This document shows positions 1 through 19,277 of a DNA stretch of 64,000 bases, in pieces. The DNA lies in assembly GCA_000004695.1 (NCBI GenBank), contig CM000150.2, positions 4,448,001-4,512,000 on the forward strand, read 5' to 3'. The notes under the pieces were generated by a model. The model was given only the letters and a program-made list of their open reading frames with translations. It was not told where the DNA came from and did not search any database. Positions within the stretch are counted from its first letter, which is position 1; each line of letters begins with the position of its first letter. Origin of the DNA: Dictyostelium discoideum. Taxonomy: Eukaryota. Position numbers and translations under genes: made by a program.

Positions 1-184
1 GATGGTGTAATTGAATATTTTGATGGTTTTGTTTTTCTTTTCTTTTGTTGGGCTTGTTGTTGGGCTTGTTGTTGAGCTTGTTGTTGTGGTATTTGTTGTG
101 GTTGATTTTGAATTTGATTATTATTATTATTATTTGGTGTGGTTGATGTAGAAATTGGTGATGTATTTACATTTGCTTGTTGAA

Positions 185-245
<61 letters not shown>

Positions 246-691
246 TGTATTAGTTGAATCATCTTTTTTCGCATTTTTTTCAACTTCGAATTCTAAATGG
301 TGGATTGATGGTAATTTTAAATTACCTGACATTAATTGTTGTGGTTGTTGTTGTGGTTGTTGTTGAGTTTGTTGTTGTTGTTGTTGTGGTTGAGTTTGTT
401 GGATTTGTTGGATTTGTTGGATTTGTTGGATTTGTTGGATTTGTTGTGGTTGTTGTGGTTGTTGGATTTGTTGTGGTTGCAGATTTTTATTATTATTTAT
501 ATTATTATTTATATTATTATTATTATTTATATTATTTATATTATTTATATTATTATTATTATTATCTTTTTTAATTTTAATATTTAATTCCTTTGAATCA
601 TTAAATTGTGATATATTCGTATTATCCAATTGGACATTATTATTATTATTAAAATCTTTATCATCTCTTAAATAGAAAGGATCAATATATC

Positions 692-764
<73 letters not shown>

Positions 765-1415
765 ATTATTATTTATATTATTATTATTTATATTATTATT
801 ATTTCCACAATCAATATCATCTCTTTGTCTTTTTTTATTTGGTGCACTTAAAACATTTGGTGATGTAGTTGGTATTGATGAATTTAATACAACATTTGAT
901 GTAGAATTATTTGGTATGTAATTTGTTGACGAAGATACTGGCGAATTATTACAAGTTGTATTCTCTGATGATGTATTTGCTGAATTGGTTGAAACTTCTG
1001 ATGTTGGTTGTTGTTGTTGTTGATTTTGGAATGGTTGATTCCATCTCAATTTTGAATCCATATTTAAAAGGTTTGGTGCTTGATCACTACTACTATTCAT
1101 AGAATAGTTTGGACTATTATTGTTATTATTATTATTATTATTATTTGATGAAGATGAAATTAAAGTTGATAAATTTGGTGTAGATTGAGAAATTGAATGT
1201 ATATCAGATGATTGGTTATTATGATGATTATTTATAAAATTATTACTGCTACTTGGTTTATAATTTCCATATAATTCAGAATCAGTATTACTATTTATAA
1301 AATTATTTGGATTAGAATTATTAATATTATTATTATTTATATTTATATTTTCAGATGAATTCGGGAATATATTATTTGATTCATTTAATGGAAAGTCAAT
1401 AGAATATAATTTCAT
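1..1415 (-). CDS. 5' part (N-terminus) of a low-complexity Asn/Ser/Gln-rich protein of unknown function. Start codon at 1415..1413. The gene continues past the window start.
   Basis: Reverse-strand reading from cat at 1413-1415 gives MKLYSIDFPLNESNNIFPNSSENINI..., continuing in frame through poly-N (ATT runs near 700-780) and poly-Q (TTG runs near 300-480 and 1000-1030) with a basic KKRQRDDID patch. There is no in-frame stop back to position 1. It is missing from the ORF track presumably because it is open at the window edge. The listed + ORFs 254..574, 336..587 and 911..1102 are repeat shadows of this gene. Confidence 0.5.
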
Positions 1416-1699
1416 TTGAAGTTTTTTGATAATTTTTAAACACAATTAAAAATTAATTATAATTTGGTAAAAACAATTTGATTTTTTAAAAATTAATTTT
1501 TGAAATAAATAAAAAAAAAAATAAAAAAAAAAAAAAAAAAAGTTAAAACAAAAATACAAATAATACAAATGTAATAAAAATATAAAAAATAAAATTAAAA
1601 AATAAAAAATAAAAAATAAAAAATTAAAAAATTAATATAACAAAATTAATGTTATTTTAATTAATAAAGCTTTTTTTGTGTGCGTGTGCGTGTGTGTTA

Positions 1700-1736
<37 letters not shown>

Positions 1737-2110
1737 CCTGTGTTAAATCACAAAAGTTTTAAGATTTTTTTTTTAAATTTCTTATTTTGGTGAATAAATT
1801 TTTTTTTTTTTTTTTACAAGGAGAGATTTTTTAATAGATTTATTGGTGAATTTAATTATAAATGATTAAAAACTTTGAATTTATTATTATTATTATTATT
1901 ATTTTAATTGATTGGAAATTATTATTATTTTAAATCTAATAATTTTTTGATCAAATTTGGTTTTTTTTTTTAATTTTTTATTTTTTGTTTTTATTTTTAA
2001 TTTTTAATTTTAATTTTAATTTTAATGGTTTAAAAAAAAAAAAAGAAATAAGAGAATTTATTCAAAAAAAAAAAAAAAATTGTTGGTTTGTTTATTTAAA
2101 AATTGTTTTT

Positions 2111-2142
<32 letters not shown>

Positions 2143-2201
2143 TTGTTTAACTTCTAATCCACACTCACCCATATAAATAAATATTTGTAGTTGTTAATTT
2201 A

Positions 2202-2306
<105 letters not shown>

Positions 2307-2849
2307 TAATAACAGTTATTGTGATATTTGAAAATTATTATTAAATGAATATTATTTTAATTATTTTTATATTTAAATAAAAATTAAAATTTTAATACTA
2401 TAATAGGATTGTTATTATTAAAATAATATTAATTTATGGATGGATGTGGTTGAGGAATATATTTATCAATCACAAAACAAAACAAAAAAAAAAAAAAAAA
2501 AAAAAACTTAAACAAAAATAAATAAAAAAAAAAAAAGTTTTTTATAATTTTTAATTTTTTGATTTAAAAAAATATAAAATAATATGATAGGCAGTATCTA
2601 TTTTTCTTTTTTTTTTTTTTTTTCAATAAATCGATTTAGTGGGTGGGTGTGTGTTGAAACAAGTAAAAAAAGGAACAAAAATTTAGTTAAAGAAAAAAAT
2701 GTGTGAAAGTGTGTTAATGGACAAAACGAAAAAAAAAATGATTAAATAAAAAAAATAAAAAAATAAAAAAATAAAAAAAAATTAAATAAAATAAAATATA
2801 ATAAAATAAATGAATAAGATTAAAAATATTAAATGAATTATTTAAAAAT

Positions 2850-3080
2850 CCACACACACATACACACACCTTTCCTCCACCTCACCACTCCTTATTAATT
2901 TTTAAATGATAATAATTAATACATAATCACTAGTATAATCATAATTACTATTACTTATTAATATTGGTAGTATTTGTGTTAAAATATTATAGTGGTTGTG
3001 GTGTGTGAGTGGGTGTGTGTGTGTGGGTGTGTGGGTGTGTGTGTGTATGTGTTTGTTTTGTTGTGGTGGAGGATGAAACC
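2850..3080. promoter_or_regulatory. Inverted pair of CA-rich and GT-rich elements flanking about 110 bp of AT-rich spacer. Resembles Dictyostelium G-box/CAE (GBF-type) regulatory elements.
   Basis: 2850-2895 reads ccacacacacatacacacacc...cctccacctcaccactcc. 2996-3075 reads gtggttgtggtgtgtgagtgggtgtgtgtgtgtgggtgtgtgggtgtgtgtgtgtatgtg...gtggtggagg, approximately the reverse complement. These GC-containing islands stand out from the surrounding >90% AT DNA. G-rich/CA-rich boxes are established cis-elements of Dictyostelium developmental promoters. Calling it a promoter element here is inference. Confidence 0.3.
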
Positions 3081-3992
3081 CCCGCAAGGTATTAATTATA
3101 AACAAAATAGAATTTCAACAAGAATATTTTTTTTGATCTATTGATGGTCATTACAGGGAAATTTTATTCCTACATTTGGTTATTATTATTATTATTAATG
3201 TGAAAAGGGGTTGAGTGGGATATAATTTTTTTTATTTTTTTTTTTTTTTTGTGATTTTTTAAATTTTGGAAACTGGTAAAAACATTAATGAAAGATGATG
3301 TTGTTTATTTTTATTATTATCATTATTATTATTAACGTCATTTATTTCTATTAATTATTATATTATATTATTATATTAAACTTTAGTATTATTTAATAAT
3401 AATTACCATGTACATTTAAACATTTAAAAAAAATAATAATAATAATAATAGTGTGTGTGGTAAATAATAAAAATAAAATAAAATAAATAAAAATCCTCTG
3501 ATGATTCAAAGGGTTTGAAGAGTAATTATTTCCAATGTAATCGTAATAATCATAATTTATTAAAGCGACAAAACACAAAAAAGGAATAAAAAAAAATAAA
3601 AAAAAATTAAAATACAAAATTATTGTGATTTTTTTTTGTTGATTAATTGTGATTGATTGATTGATAAATAATTGATTGTGAACGATTAATTAATTAATTA
3701 TTAGGATTTAGGGTAATAAATCCTTTTTTTTTTTTTTTTTTAATTAAAATAAAAATAAAAATAAAAAAAAAATAAAAAAATAAAAAAATTTGAAATAATT
3801 AAATTTGGTTATATTCTATTTCCTAAACTTTCCATTAAACCTATAATTATAAAAATAAAATACATTTTTTTTTTTTTTTTTAAAAAAAACATACCTATAA
3901 TATTGAATATTCATTTTTTTTTTTTTTTTTTTTTTTTTTGAATAAGTAATTTAATATTTTTTGAGGATTGAATAATGTTTGTATTTATATAA

Positions 3993-4023
<31 letters not shown>

Positions 4024-4536
4024 ATTTTAATTATTTAATTAGTAATAGTACAGAGGATAAGTATTTTAGTTGAAGGGGATTTTTTTTTTTTTTTTTTGTT
4101 ATTTTATTTTATAGAGATTAAATTTATTGGGGCTAAATGAATTTTATTTTTTTTTTTTTTATTTTTTTTTATTTTTTTTATTTTTTTAATTTATAGTTTT
4201 TATAAATTATCAATCTTTAAGAATTGAAATGATTGCAAAAATGTAATAACAATACAAAAAATATGATTACTGATGTTGATGAAAAAATCTAAAATATATA
4301 AAAAAAAAAAAATAATAATAAAATTAAAAATTAAAATATGAAAAAAAAAAAAAAAAATAAAAATAAAAATAATAATTATATATATATAAAAATTAAAAAT
4401 AATAAAAACAATTTTAATGATTTGATAATTAAAATAATGAAAAAATTAATTAAAAGATGAAGGTAAAAAAAAAAAAAAAAAATAAAACAATTTTAATGTA
4501 TATTAATTTGTGTGTGGGTTTTAATTATTATTATTA

Positions 4537-4584
<48 letters not shown>

Positions 4585-4780
4585 TTATTACATATATAAA
4601 TATATTTATATATAAAATATATATATATTTATTATATTAAATATATTGGTATATAATAAATATATGGTTTATTGAAATTTAATATGTATGTGTGTGAGTA
4701 TATATATATATATTGTTTTAAAAATATTTATTCAATAATTATAATTTAATTATCATATTATGATTATTTTAATAATTAAA

Positions 4781-4835
4781 ACTCACACACACACACTCTC
4801 AAAACACACACACCCACACACACAAATTAAATCAA
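4781..4835. promoter_or_regulatory. Second CA-rich element (actcacacacacacactctcaaaacacacacacccacacacacaa) in the long intergenic region. Smaller GT-rich boxes also occur at 1681-1700, 2641-2660 and 4500-4515.
   Basis: Seen directly in the sequence. Same motif class as the 2850-3080 pair. Function not established. Confidence 0.25.
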
Positions 4836-5035
4836 ACAACAACAACAACAAAAGCAAGTAAAGGTTCTTTTGAAATTTTTAAAAGGTGGATTGGGAAAAA
4901 AAAAATTTCAAATGTGATGGTTATGTATATATAATCATTTTTTTTTTTTAATATGGAAATGAAAGAAAATAGATATTTATTTCCCTTTAAAAAATAGAAT
5001 GTTGTTGTTAAAATTTTTATTGTTGTTGTGGTGGT

Positions 5036-5076
<41 letters not shown>

Positions 5077-5227
5077 GGGTAAATAAGGGTAGGGAGTTGG
5101 ATATGGGGTCATAATGATTAAAAAAAAAAAAAAAAAAAAAAAACTAAAGGATTATTTATAATTAATGAGGAAATAATGATGGTTGACCTAGGGTTTTTAT
5201 ATGTTTAAATGACATTCCAAATTTGTA

Positions 5228-5263
<36 letters not shown>

Positions 5264-5586
5264 AAAATTGTAGTGGAGAAATCCTATCTGTTCCCTCACC
5301 AATTTAGTTTATATAAAAAAGTAGAGTGGGTGAATAGTTCTACTTGGTGTGATTAGTTTGTGGAGTTGTTAAACAAATTCAAATTAATTTAAATTTTAAA
5401 AAAATAAAAATAAAAATAAAAAAAATAAAAATAAAAATAAAAATATAATTATTTTAATATTATTATTAGTTTATGATGAATAAAATAATCATCCATAAAA
5501 AAATAAAAAATGCACATATATTTTAAAAAAAGAACGTTAAAAAAATTATTTTTTGTCAAAGAGTACCAAATAACCCTTCATCAAAA

Positions 5587-5636
<50 letters not shown>

Positions 5637-5935
5637 TTATTTAATGTGAGAATAAAAAATACAAATTTATAATATGTGGTTGTGGGTTTAAAACAAGGTC
5701 AAAAGATAAATTAAATTGTTTATTTTAAAAACAATAAAAATAATAATAATAATTTATTTATAAAAAATTGTGAGATAAACCTCAATATACTAATAAAGTT
5801 ATTCTAAAATTAATAAAAAAAAAAAAAAAAAAATTCCAAATGTCCTCGATTAAAAAAAAAAATTGATATTATTTAATTTTATGATGTTTATAGTTGACGT
5901 TGACATTTTGAAGTAAATATTGACCTTATCCCAAA

Positions 5936-6020
<85 letters not shown>

Positions 6021-6321
6021 GTGATTTTTGAAAAGAAAAAATAAGCAGAAAACAAGTAAACAAAATAAACAACACTTAAAATTATTTTTTATAAAATACC
6101 ATTTTGCTCATCCACTAGGCATAATCAATCTAATGGTTAGATGTGATTTGATTTTTTTTTTTTTTTTTTTTTTACCTTCATAATTTAGTAGTTTTATTAC
6201 AAGTTAACGTTAATAACAATAATCTAATATCCTCTCTTTAAGGTATGATTTAAAATATTTTATTAAAAATACAAAGAGGTAAGATAAAATAATTGGTGGT
6301 TTAATAATGTGAAATTTTTTG

Positions 6322-6363
<42 letters not shown>

Positions 6364-7242
6364 TATTTCAAGGTATTAGATTCGATTGTTATGAAAAATA
6401 ATCATATATATAGATAAATACTTTTACATAAAATGAGTATATGAAATAATTATATATGTGAAAATAACAATAGTAACTATATTGTCAAAATTATACAAAT
6501 TTTAAAAATAATTATACTTTTTTTTTTTTTTTTTTTTTTTATTGTTAATTTTGATCCAAACTTTAAATTTTTTTTTTTTTTATCTTTATTTTATTACGAA
6601 TTTATATTTATTTATTTTATTTTATTTTATTTTTAATTTCAAATTTTTTTTTACTATTACTATTATTTTTTTTTTTTTTTTTTTTTTTTTTTTCCCGATA
6701 AATACCTTTTTTTTTTTTTTATCTATATGTGTAGGAAATACTTAAATATGTAAAAAATATATATTTGTAGTTATTATAAGTATAAATCTTTTAAAAAAAT
6801 AATAATAATTATAAAGAAAAAAAAAAAAAAAAAAAAAAAAAGGTCAAAAAACAAAAAAAAAATAAAATAAAATAAATAATTTCTAATTAATATAGTTTAT
6901 TATTAAATATTATTATTTTATTTGTATTCCAATAACTAATAGTTATTAATTTCAAAAAGAATTTTAATGTTCGGACTTTAACGATTTTATTATATTTGTT
7001 TGGTTGTAATTCCACATTTCCATGAGGTTTTTTTTTTTTTTTTTTTTTTTTTCTTCCAAAATAGCTATTATTATTATTTAATTTTTAATTTTATTTATTT
7101 ATTTAATTTTATTTTATTTTTTATTTTTTATTTTTAATTTTTTATTTTATTTCAAAATTAATAATTTAAATAAAATCAGCCACAATGAAAAGTGATAAAC
7201 TCGAATGGTGTGTATTTGTGGGTTTTAAAACACCATTTAATG

Positions 7243-7278
<36 letters not shown>

Positions 7279-8370
7279 ATCAAGGTATTATTTTTATTGA
7301 ATACCCTAACGCAAAAGAATAGTTTTTTCCAATTACCCACTTAAATTTGTTAAAAAATTTAAAAATTATTATTAGTTGACATGCTCTGTAATATAAAATA
7401 AACTTATTTTTAAGTTAATACACTCATTTACATAAATAATTACCAAACCAACCATTAAACAAATAAAATAAATAAATATTTTTATTTTTCATTGGTCATT
7501 TTTTAAAACCCTATTATTAAATAGTTTATCAACTATTAGATTTTATGACGAGCTTGCGTGGTTATTTATTAGATTTTTTTTTTTTCCAAAAAAAAATAAA
7601 AAAAAAAACAACCACAAACCAAAAAAAAAAAAAAAAATAATAATAATAATTATAATAATAATAAAAATAATAATAATACTATTAAATGACAATAGGGGAA
7701 AAAAAAATATTGCAGTTATTGTTGTTTATTATTTATCTTTCACACCATCATTAAATTTTATGAAAAAAAAAATGAATAAAAATGATATAAATGGTCCTAT
7801 CGATAATTTTAAAAATTAAGTTTTTTTTTATCCTATTTTTCTATTTTAAGATAATTAGATAGAAAATGGTAAAAACGATTTTTTTTTTTTTTTTTTTTTA
7901 AAACAGTTTTTTTTTTTTTTTAAACTATTATTTAATCTTTCGTTTTATTAAAAAAACAATATTAATTGGATAAATAATTATATAATTACAATGCATTATT
8001 ATAAAATTAAAGTTTTAAAAACTAAAAAATAGTAGTAAAATAAAAATAATAATGATGCTAAAGAAAGAGAAAAAAAAAAAAAAAAAGCATTTATTAAAAT
8101 TTGAGATGTTATAATATCGAACAATCAAAAAAAAAAAATTTTAATTTAATTAAAGGAATTCTAAATTTCCTTCTTAAAAAAATAGAGTTTAAAAGGAATT
8201 CTAAATTTCCTTTTTAAAAAAAAGTAAATTTGGAAAAAAAAAAATATATATAATAGGTATATTTTTATTTTTATTTTTTTTATTTTTTTATTTTTTTATT
8301 TTTTTTTTATTTTTTTTAAAAAAAAAAAAAAAAATTTTGAAATTTAATATAAAATAAAAAAAACAACACG

Positions 8371-8760
8371 ATGAACATAAAAAATATATTAAACAAAGGA
8401 ATATTTATTGTACCAATAACTGTTGCCATTCATAATTATCTATTTACAATATATGTTGACAAAGGAGAGAAAAAAATAAATAACAATAGTAATAATAATA
8501 GTAATAATAATAATAGTAATAATAATAATAATGATGATATACATTTAAACCCATCAAAAAGATATGAAATGATAACAGCTGATAAAAATGGGGAAATCTT
8601 ATCAATATCAACTTCAACTTCAACTAACAATAACAAACACAGTTTACAAAAAGCAAATATAGATAAAACTTTTAAAATATTATTAATAAATAAATTCTCT
8701 AAAAACTATAAACACAATGATATAGTAACAATAATGTATGTGAAAGTTTTGTTTTTTATT

Positions 8761-8798
<38 letters not shown>

Positions 8799-9089
8799 AA
8801 TAATAAATAATAAATGAAAAAAAAAAAATAATAATGTTTTATTAAAACTCTACCTTAATGAAATAGAGATCCAGATAACCCAAATAATACATTAGTTAAA
8901 AAAGTTTTAGCTACAGGTAACGAATTTATACCATTTCCACCTTATACAAATGGCATTCAAGATGGTTTCTTTGTGTATTCTGAACCAACTGTTGATGGAT
9001 TACCAAAAATAGCAGGTCCCATTCCAATTGGATTTATAACAGGAAAGGTGATAACCAATTTATACCCTAATAAATTAAATATTGTATAA
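8371..9089 (+). CDS. Two-exon gene: exon 1 8371..8735, intron 8736..8866 (GTATGT...AAATAG, phase 2), exon 2 8867..9089 (TAA at 9087-9089). About 196 aa. N-terminal hydrophobic anchor followed by a poly-N linker. Product unknown.
   Basis: ATG at 8371 in an AAAATG context. Exon 1 encodes MNIKNILNKGIFIVPITVAIHNYLFTIYV, a transmembrane/signal-anchor-like segment. Consensus Dictyostelium donor gtatgt at 8736. Acceptor aaatag at 8861-8866 restores a clean frame giving ...HNDIVTIIDPDNPNNTLVKKVLATGNEFIPFPPYTNGIQDGFFVYSEPTVDGLPKIAGPIPIGFITGKVITNLYPNKLNIV*. Exon 2 composition is clearly coding, not AT-junk. Confidence 0.55.
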
Positions 9090-9295
9090 AAAAAAAAAAA
9101 AAATGCAAAGAAAAAGGTTTTGAAAATTAAAAAAATTGGAAAATCAAAAAAAAAAAAAAAAAAAAAAAACACGAAACAATAAACAGAAACGTCAACCGAA
9201 TTTTTTTTTTAATAAATATCTTGCTTATTTAACAACATTTTTTTAATTTTTTGATTTTTTTTTTTTTATGATTTTTCTTAATATTATTTTAATTT

Positions 9296-9327
<32 letters not shown>

Positions 9328-9456
9328 CTTTCTTTCCATTTGAAATATAAAAATTAACAATACACAAATAACATCTTTTTTCTAAATTTATTTTTGGTTT
9401 TTATTTTATTTTTTTTTTTTTCCAGAAAAAAAATAAAATAAAATAATTAAATAAAA

Positions 9457-11763
<2,307 letters not shown>

Positions 11764-12011
11764 TTTAACTATAAATAAAATATATATATATAAAAATAAA
11801 GATTATAATATTTAAGTTTTATGAAACAAATATTTTTATTTGGGAAATATTTCTTTTTTTTTTTTTTTTCTTCTGGTAAAAAAAAAAAAAAAAAAAAAGA
11901 TAAAGTTTGTATTATTTTTTTTTTTCTTTTTTTCTTTTTTTTTTGTATTTTGTTTGTTTGGTTGTTTTTTTGTTGTTGTTTATTTTTTTTTAAAGTTGAA
12001 TTATATTACTT

Positions 12012-12058
<47 letters not shown>

Positions 12059-12064
12059 TTTTAT

Positions 12065-15095
<3,031 letters not shown>

Positions 15096-15166
15096 TGGTC
15101 ACCACTATTAAAATTTGTGGAATAATTGTTTTTTTTTTTTTGTTTTGGGTAGTTTCTTTTACTCTG

Positions 15167-15198
<32 letters not shown>

Positions 15199-16080
15199 TT
15201 TTTTTGTTTCTGTTTCTGTTTATGTTTTTTTTTTTTTATATATATGTGTATTTTGCTTATTTGTTTTTTTGTTTTTATGTAATTGTTTTTTTTTTTAAAA
15301 AAAAAGTTTTTCTTTTCTTATTATTTTTTTATTTTTTTTTATTAAACTGAAAAAAGATTTAATGAGGGTAATTTAATTTATTTTTACTATCTTAGTTGTT
15401 GGTTAATGTTATTGCGGAAGTATTGATATTACTGTTAATTATTGATAATGTTATTTAGTAGTATTGATATTACTGTTATTCGTTATAAATTTTTATTTTG
15501 TGTTGAAAATTGTTTGATTTTTTTATTTTTATTTTTATTTTTATTTTTTTTTTTTAAAATTTTTTTTTTTTCAGAAAAATTGTGTTTTTTTTTCTTTTTT
15601 TAATATTTTTTAATATTTTTTTGGTTTTTTAGTTTTTAAAATTTTGTTATGGATGGAAACTATTATTTCTGATTATTATTATAATTTATTATTTTGGTGT
15701 TAATCGTGTTGTTATTATTGAAACTGCAAAATGAATTATTGAAAGGAAAAAAAAAAAAGTGTTTTCACGCAAATATTTGCAACTTTATAAAAAAAAAAAA
15801 TAAAAAAAAAATTATGAAAAAAAAATTTTTTAAAAAAAAAAAAAAAAAAGATTTTTTAAAAAAAAATTAAAAAAAATAAATAAAAAATAAAAATTGAAAA
15901 AAAAAAAAAAAAAAAGTGCAAGGTGGCTAGAACTATTATTGGTATTGCTTTTATTTTTGAAAAAATTGGAAATATGATCCAAATTATAAATTGATTTGAC
16001 GATTAAATTGATTTTGATTTGTTTTTTTTCTTTTTTTTATTACAATAATAAAATATGGATATTTATTATAAATATTTATA

Positions 16081-16120
<40 letters not shown>

Positions 16121-16289
16121 AATAAATTTATTTTTTATTTAATAAAATAAAATATTATTGTATTTTCTTTATTGTTTATAAAAATAATAAAGAAAAAAAA
16201 AAAATAAAAAAATAAAAAGAAAAAAAAAGAAATAAAATAAAAAAATTACTATGAAATTATTTTTTTTTAAACAATTTTTTTATTAATTT

Positions 16290-16322
16290 ATTTTATTTAT
16301 TTATTTATTTAAATTATTTTTT

Positions 16323-16362
<40 letters not shown>

Positions 16363-16388
16363 TTATTTTATTTATTTATTTAATTATT

Positions 16389-16459
<71 letters not shown>

Positions 16460-16463
16460 TTTG
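16290..16463. repeat. (TTTA)n microsatellite, about 170 bp, intergenic
   Basis: tttatttattta... repeated about 40 times with two short interruptions, seen directly. Confidence 0.9.
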
Positions 16464-16634
16464 TGTATTGAATGGTGCAAGAAAAAAAAAAAAGAAGAAA
16501 AAAAAAAAAAAAAATTAAAATAAAATTAAAAATAATTATTAAAGGAAAAAAAAAAAAAAAAGTGTGTGTCTGTGTATTAATAATAGACAAAATTAAGACA
16601 ATATATAGATTTAACGCATATGGGTATTCTTTGT

Positions 16635-17012
<378 letters not shown>

Positions 17013-17879
17013 TTTTTTTTTTTTTTATTATTATTATTTAAACTATTATATTTTCTATAGTTTTTTTTTTTTTTTTTTTTTAATATATAGAGCTATAGAT
17101 TTATAGATAATTAATTTATTAATTTAATTTATACAGTTTTTATTTTATAGAGTATTTTTAATTTTTTTTTAAATTTGTTTTTATAAAAAAAAAAAAATAA
17201 AAAAAAAATAATAAAATTTTAAACTAAAAAAAAAAAAAAAAAAAAAAAATTTAACTATTTTTGTTATTTTATGATTTATAAATAAATTATTATTATTTGG
17301 TGTTGTTATATTAAATTACAATTATTATTAAAATCACAGGGTTCTTATAAATCCTATTTTTTAAAAAAAATAATTAAAAATAAGAAAATAAAAAAATAAA
17401 AAAAATATATTTGATTGAATGGTACAGCAGTAATAGTAGTGGATATGATAAAATCAAAAAAAAAAAAAAAAAAAAAAAAGTTTTGGCTGGGGGACTGTTT
17501 TTTTATTTTTTTTTATTTTTTTTTTTATTTTTATTTTTATTTTTTTTTTTTTTTATTTTTATTTTTTTATTTTTATTTTTATTTTTATTGTGATAATATT
17601 AGAAGTTCAAAAATATCAAAAAAAATTCATTATTCTAATACCCCAAAAATAGACCAACATATCTTTTTTTTTTTTTTTTTTATTTTTTTTCTATTTTTTT
17701 TTTTTTTTATTTCGTAAGTTTTCAAATAATTGAAATGTAAGTGACAATAATGAAAAAAAAAAAAAAAAAAATATCTGCAGAAATTTTTTAAAGATATTTA
17801 AAAACAATTTTTTTACGACATTATCCAAAAGAAGATATGATCAGGGTGGTCTCATTCATATAAAATTTTTGTAATTGTG

Positions 17880-18370
17880 AATGAAAGAGTGAATGAAAGA
17901 GAGGTCTATTTTTTATTGTTATGACTATTATATTTTTAATTTGTTTGTAATCGAATAAAATGAATATTAGCTGAGAGCCCAACCAAGAGCATGATTAACC
18001 TACAGCTAAGATAGAGAAGAATCTTGGTCAACTTTATGGTGATTTGGATCATAACAAGCAATTACATAATCTGGATTGGCATGTTTCATTTCACCAATGA
18101 TCATAATATTGGAAGCAGCAGAGGCATCACGAATTAAATGCCATGATTTTTGCAATAGACACATCTATCGTTTTTGCGATCAATTACCATAAATTGCTTT
18201 GGTTTAACTTCTTTAAGTTGATGGCAGCCAGGCATTTGAAAATGGTCAATAATTAATTGATCAGAGTAAGCAGCACAGATGTGACAGTTCTTTTACATTT
18301 AAATAATATAAATAATATGATGATTGTGATGTATTGATATTTAATACCAGAGGTTTTACATTAATTGTTT
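17880..18370. other. GC-richer island (about 35% GC) in an otherwise >85% AT intergenic region. It holds several short broken ORFs on the minus strand. Candidate pseudogene, degenerate transposon fragment, or small multi-exon gene.
   Basis: Minus-strand frames give DHFQMPGCHQLKEVKPKQFMVIDRKNDRCVYCKNHGI*, IRDASAASNIMIIGEMKHANPDYVIACYDPNHHKVDQDSSLS* and LTIFKCLAAINLKKLNQSNLW* in three different frames. Composition is coding-like but there is no continuous ORF of at least 60 aa. I do not recognise the protein. Confidence 0.3.
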
Positions 18371-18537
18371 CTTTTTTTTTTTTTTTATTCAAGTAATCCA
18401 ATTAACGCAAAGGCAAAAATAAAATTTTTTCCCTCTTTTTTTTTTTTTTGTTATTAGTTAGATATTAATTTTAGAATTTATTGGCTTTACTAATTTTGTT
18501 TATTTTTTATTATTACTATTATTGGCTGGATAAATTA

Positions 18538-18665
<128 letters not shown>

Positions 18666-19277
18666 TTTTTATTATTATTCATAAATAGATAATTAATTAT
18701 TCAAAGAAATAAAAAAAAAAACATTATTCACTTATTAGGCACCATATCATGTATCAAAATATTTTTCACTTTTATTCTTATTTAATTCAAATAAAAAAAA
18801 AAAAAAAAAAAAAAATATTTCTTCAATCTTGACACAAAATTAATACCCACCATTACCACACATATTTTTTTTTTTTTTTTTTTTTTTTTTTACCTATATA
18901 TAATTTCAAACGATAGTGGGCAATTAATGAATAATCAAAACACACCAAAAAAAAAAAAAAAAAATAAAATAAAAATTAATTATATTATTAAATTTAATTT
19001 ATATATATATTTTTTTTTAAATTAATATTTTTTTTTTTTTTAATATTTTTTTTTTTTTTTTTTAAACATTAAAAAAAAAAAAAAAAAAACTTATTTTATA
19101 ATTACATAAATTATATTAAGTAGAAAGAATCATAATTTATAATTAATTTATTATTTATTTTTTTTTTAAAAAGTTAAACACAATTTTTTTTTTTTTTTTT
19201 TTCTTTATATATTTATTTATATTTATTTTTTATTTTTATTTTTTATCTTTATTTTTTTTTTATTCTTATTTTAAAAA

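Noticed and set aside
254-587. Plus-strand ORFs 254..574 and 336..587 (poly-V/F/Y and poly-L/I proteins)
   Set aside because: Shadows of the minus-strand (CAA)n/(AAT)n coding repeats of the gene at 1-1415. The homopolymeric translations are not plausible proteins.
8957-9172. Minus-strand ORF 8957..9172 ([15 protein letters not shown]...)
   Set aside because: Largely a poly-T/A translation that overlaps the 3' exon of the plus-strand gene at 8371-9089. The plus-strand frame has clean coding composition and a GTATGT/AG intron linking it to the upstream ORF.
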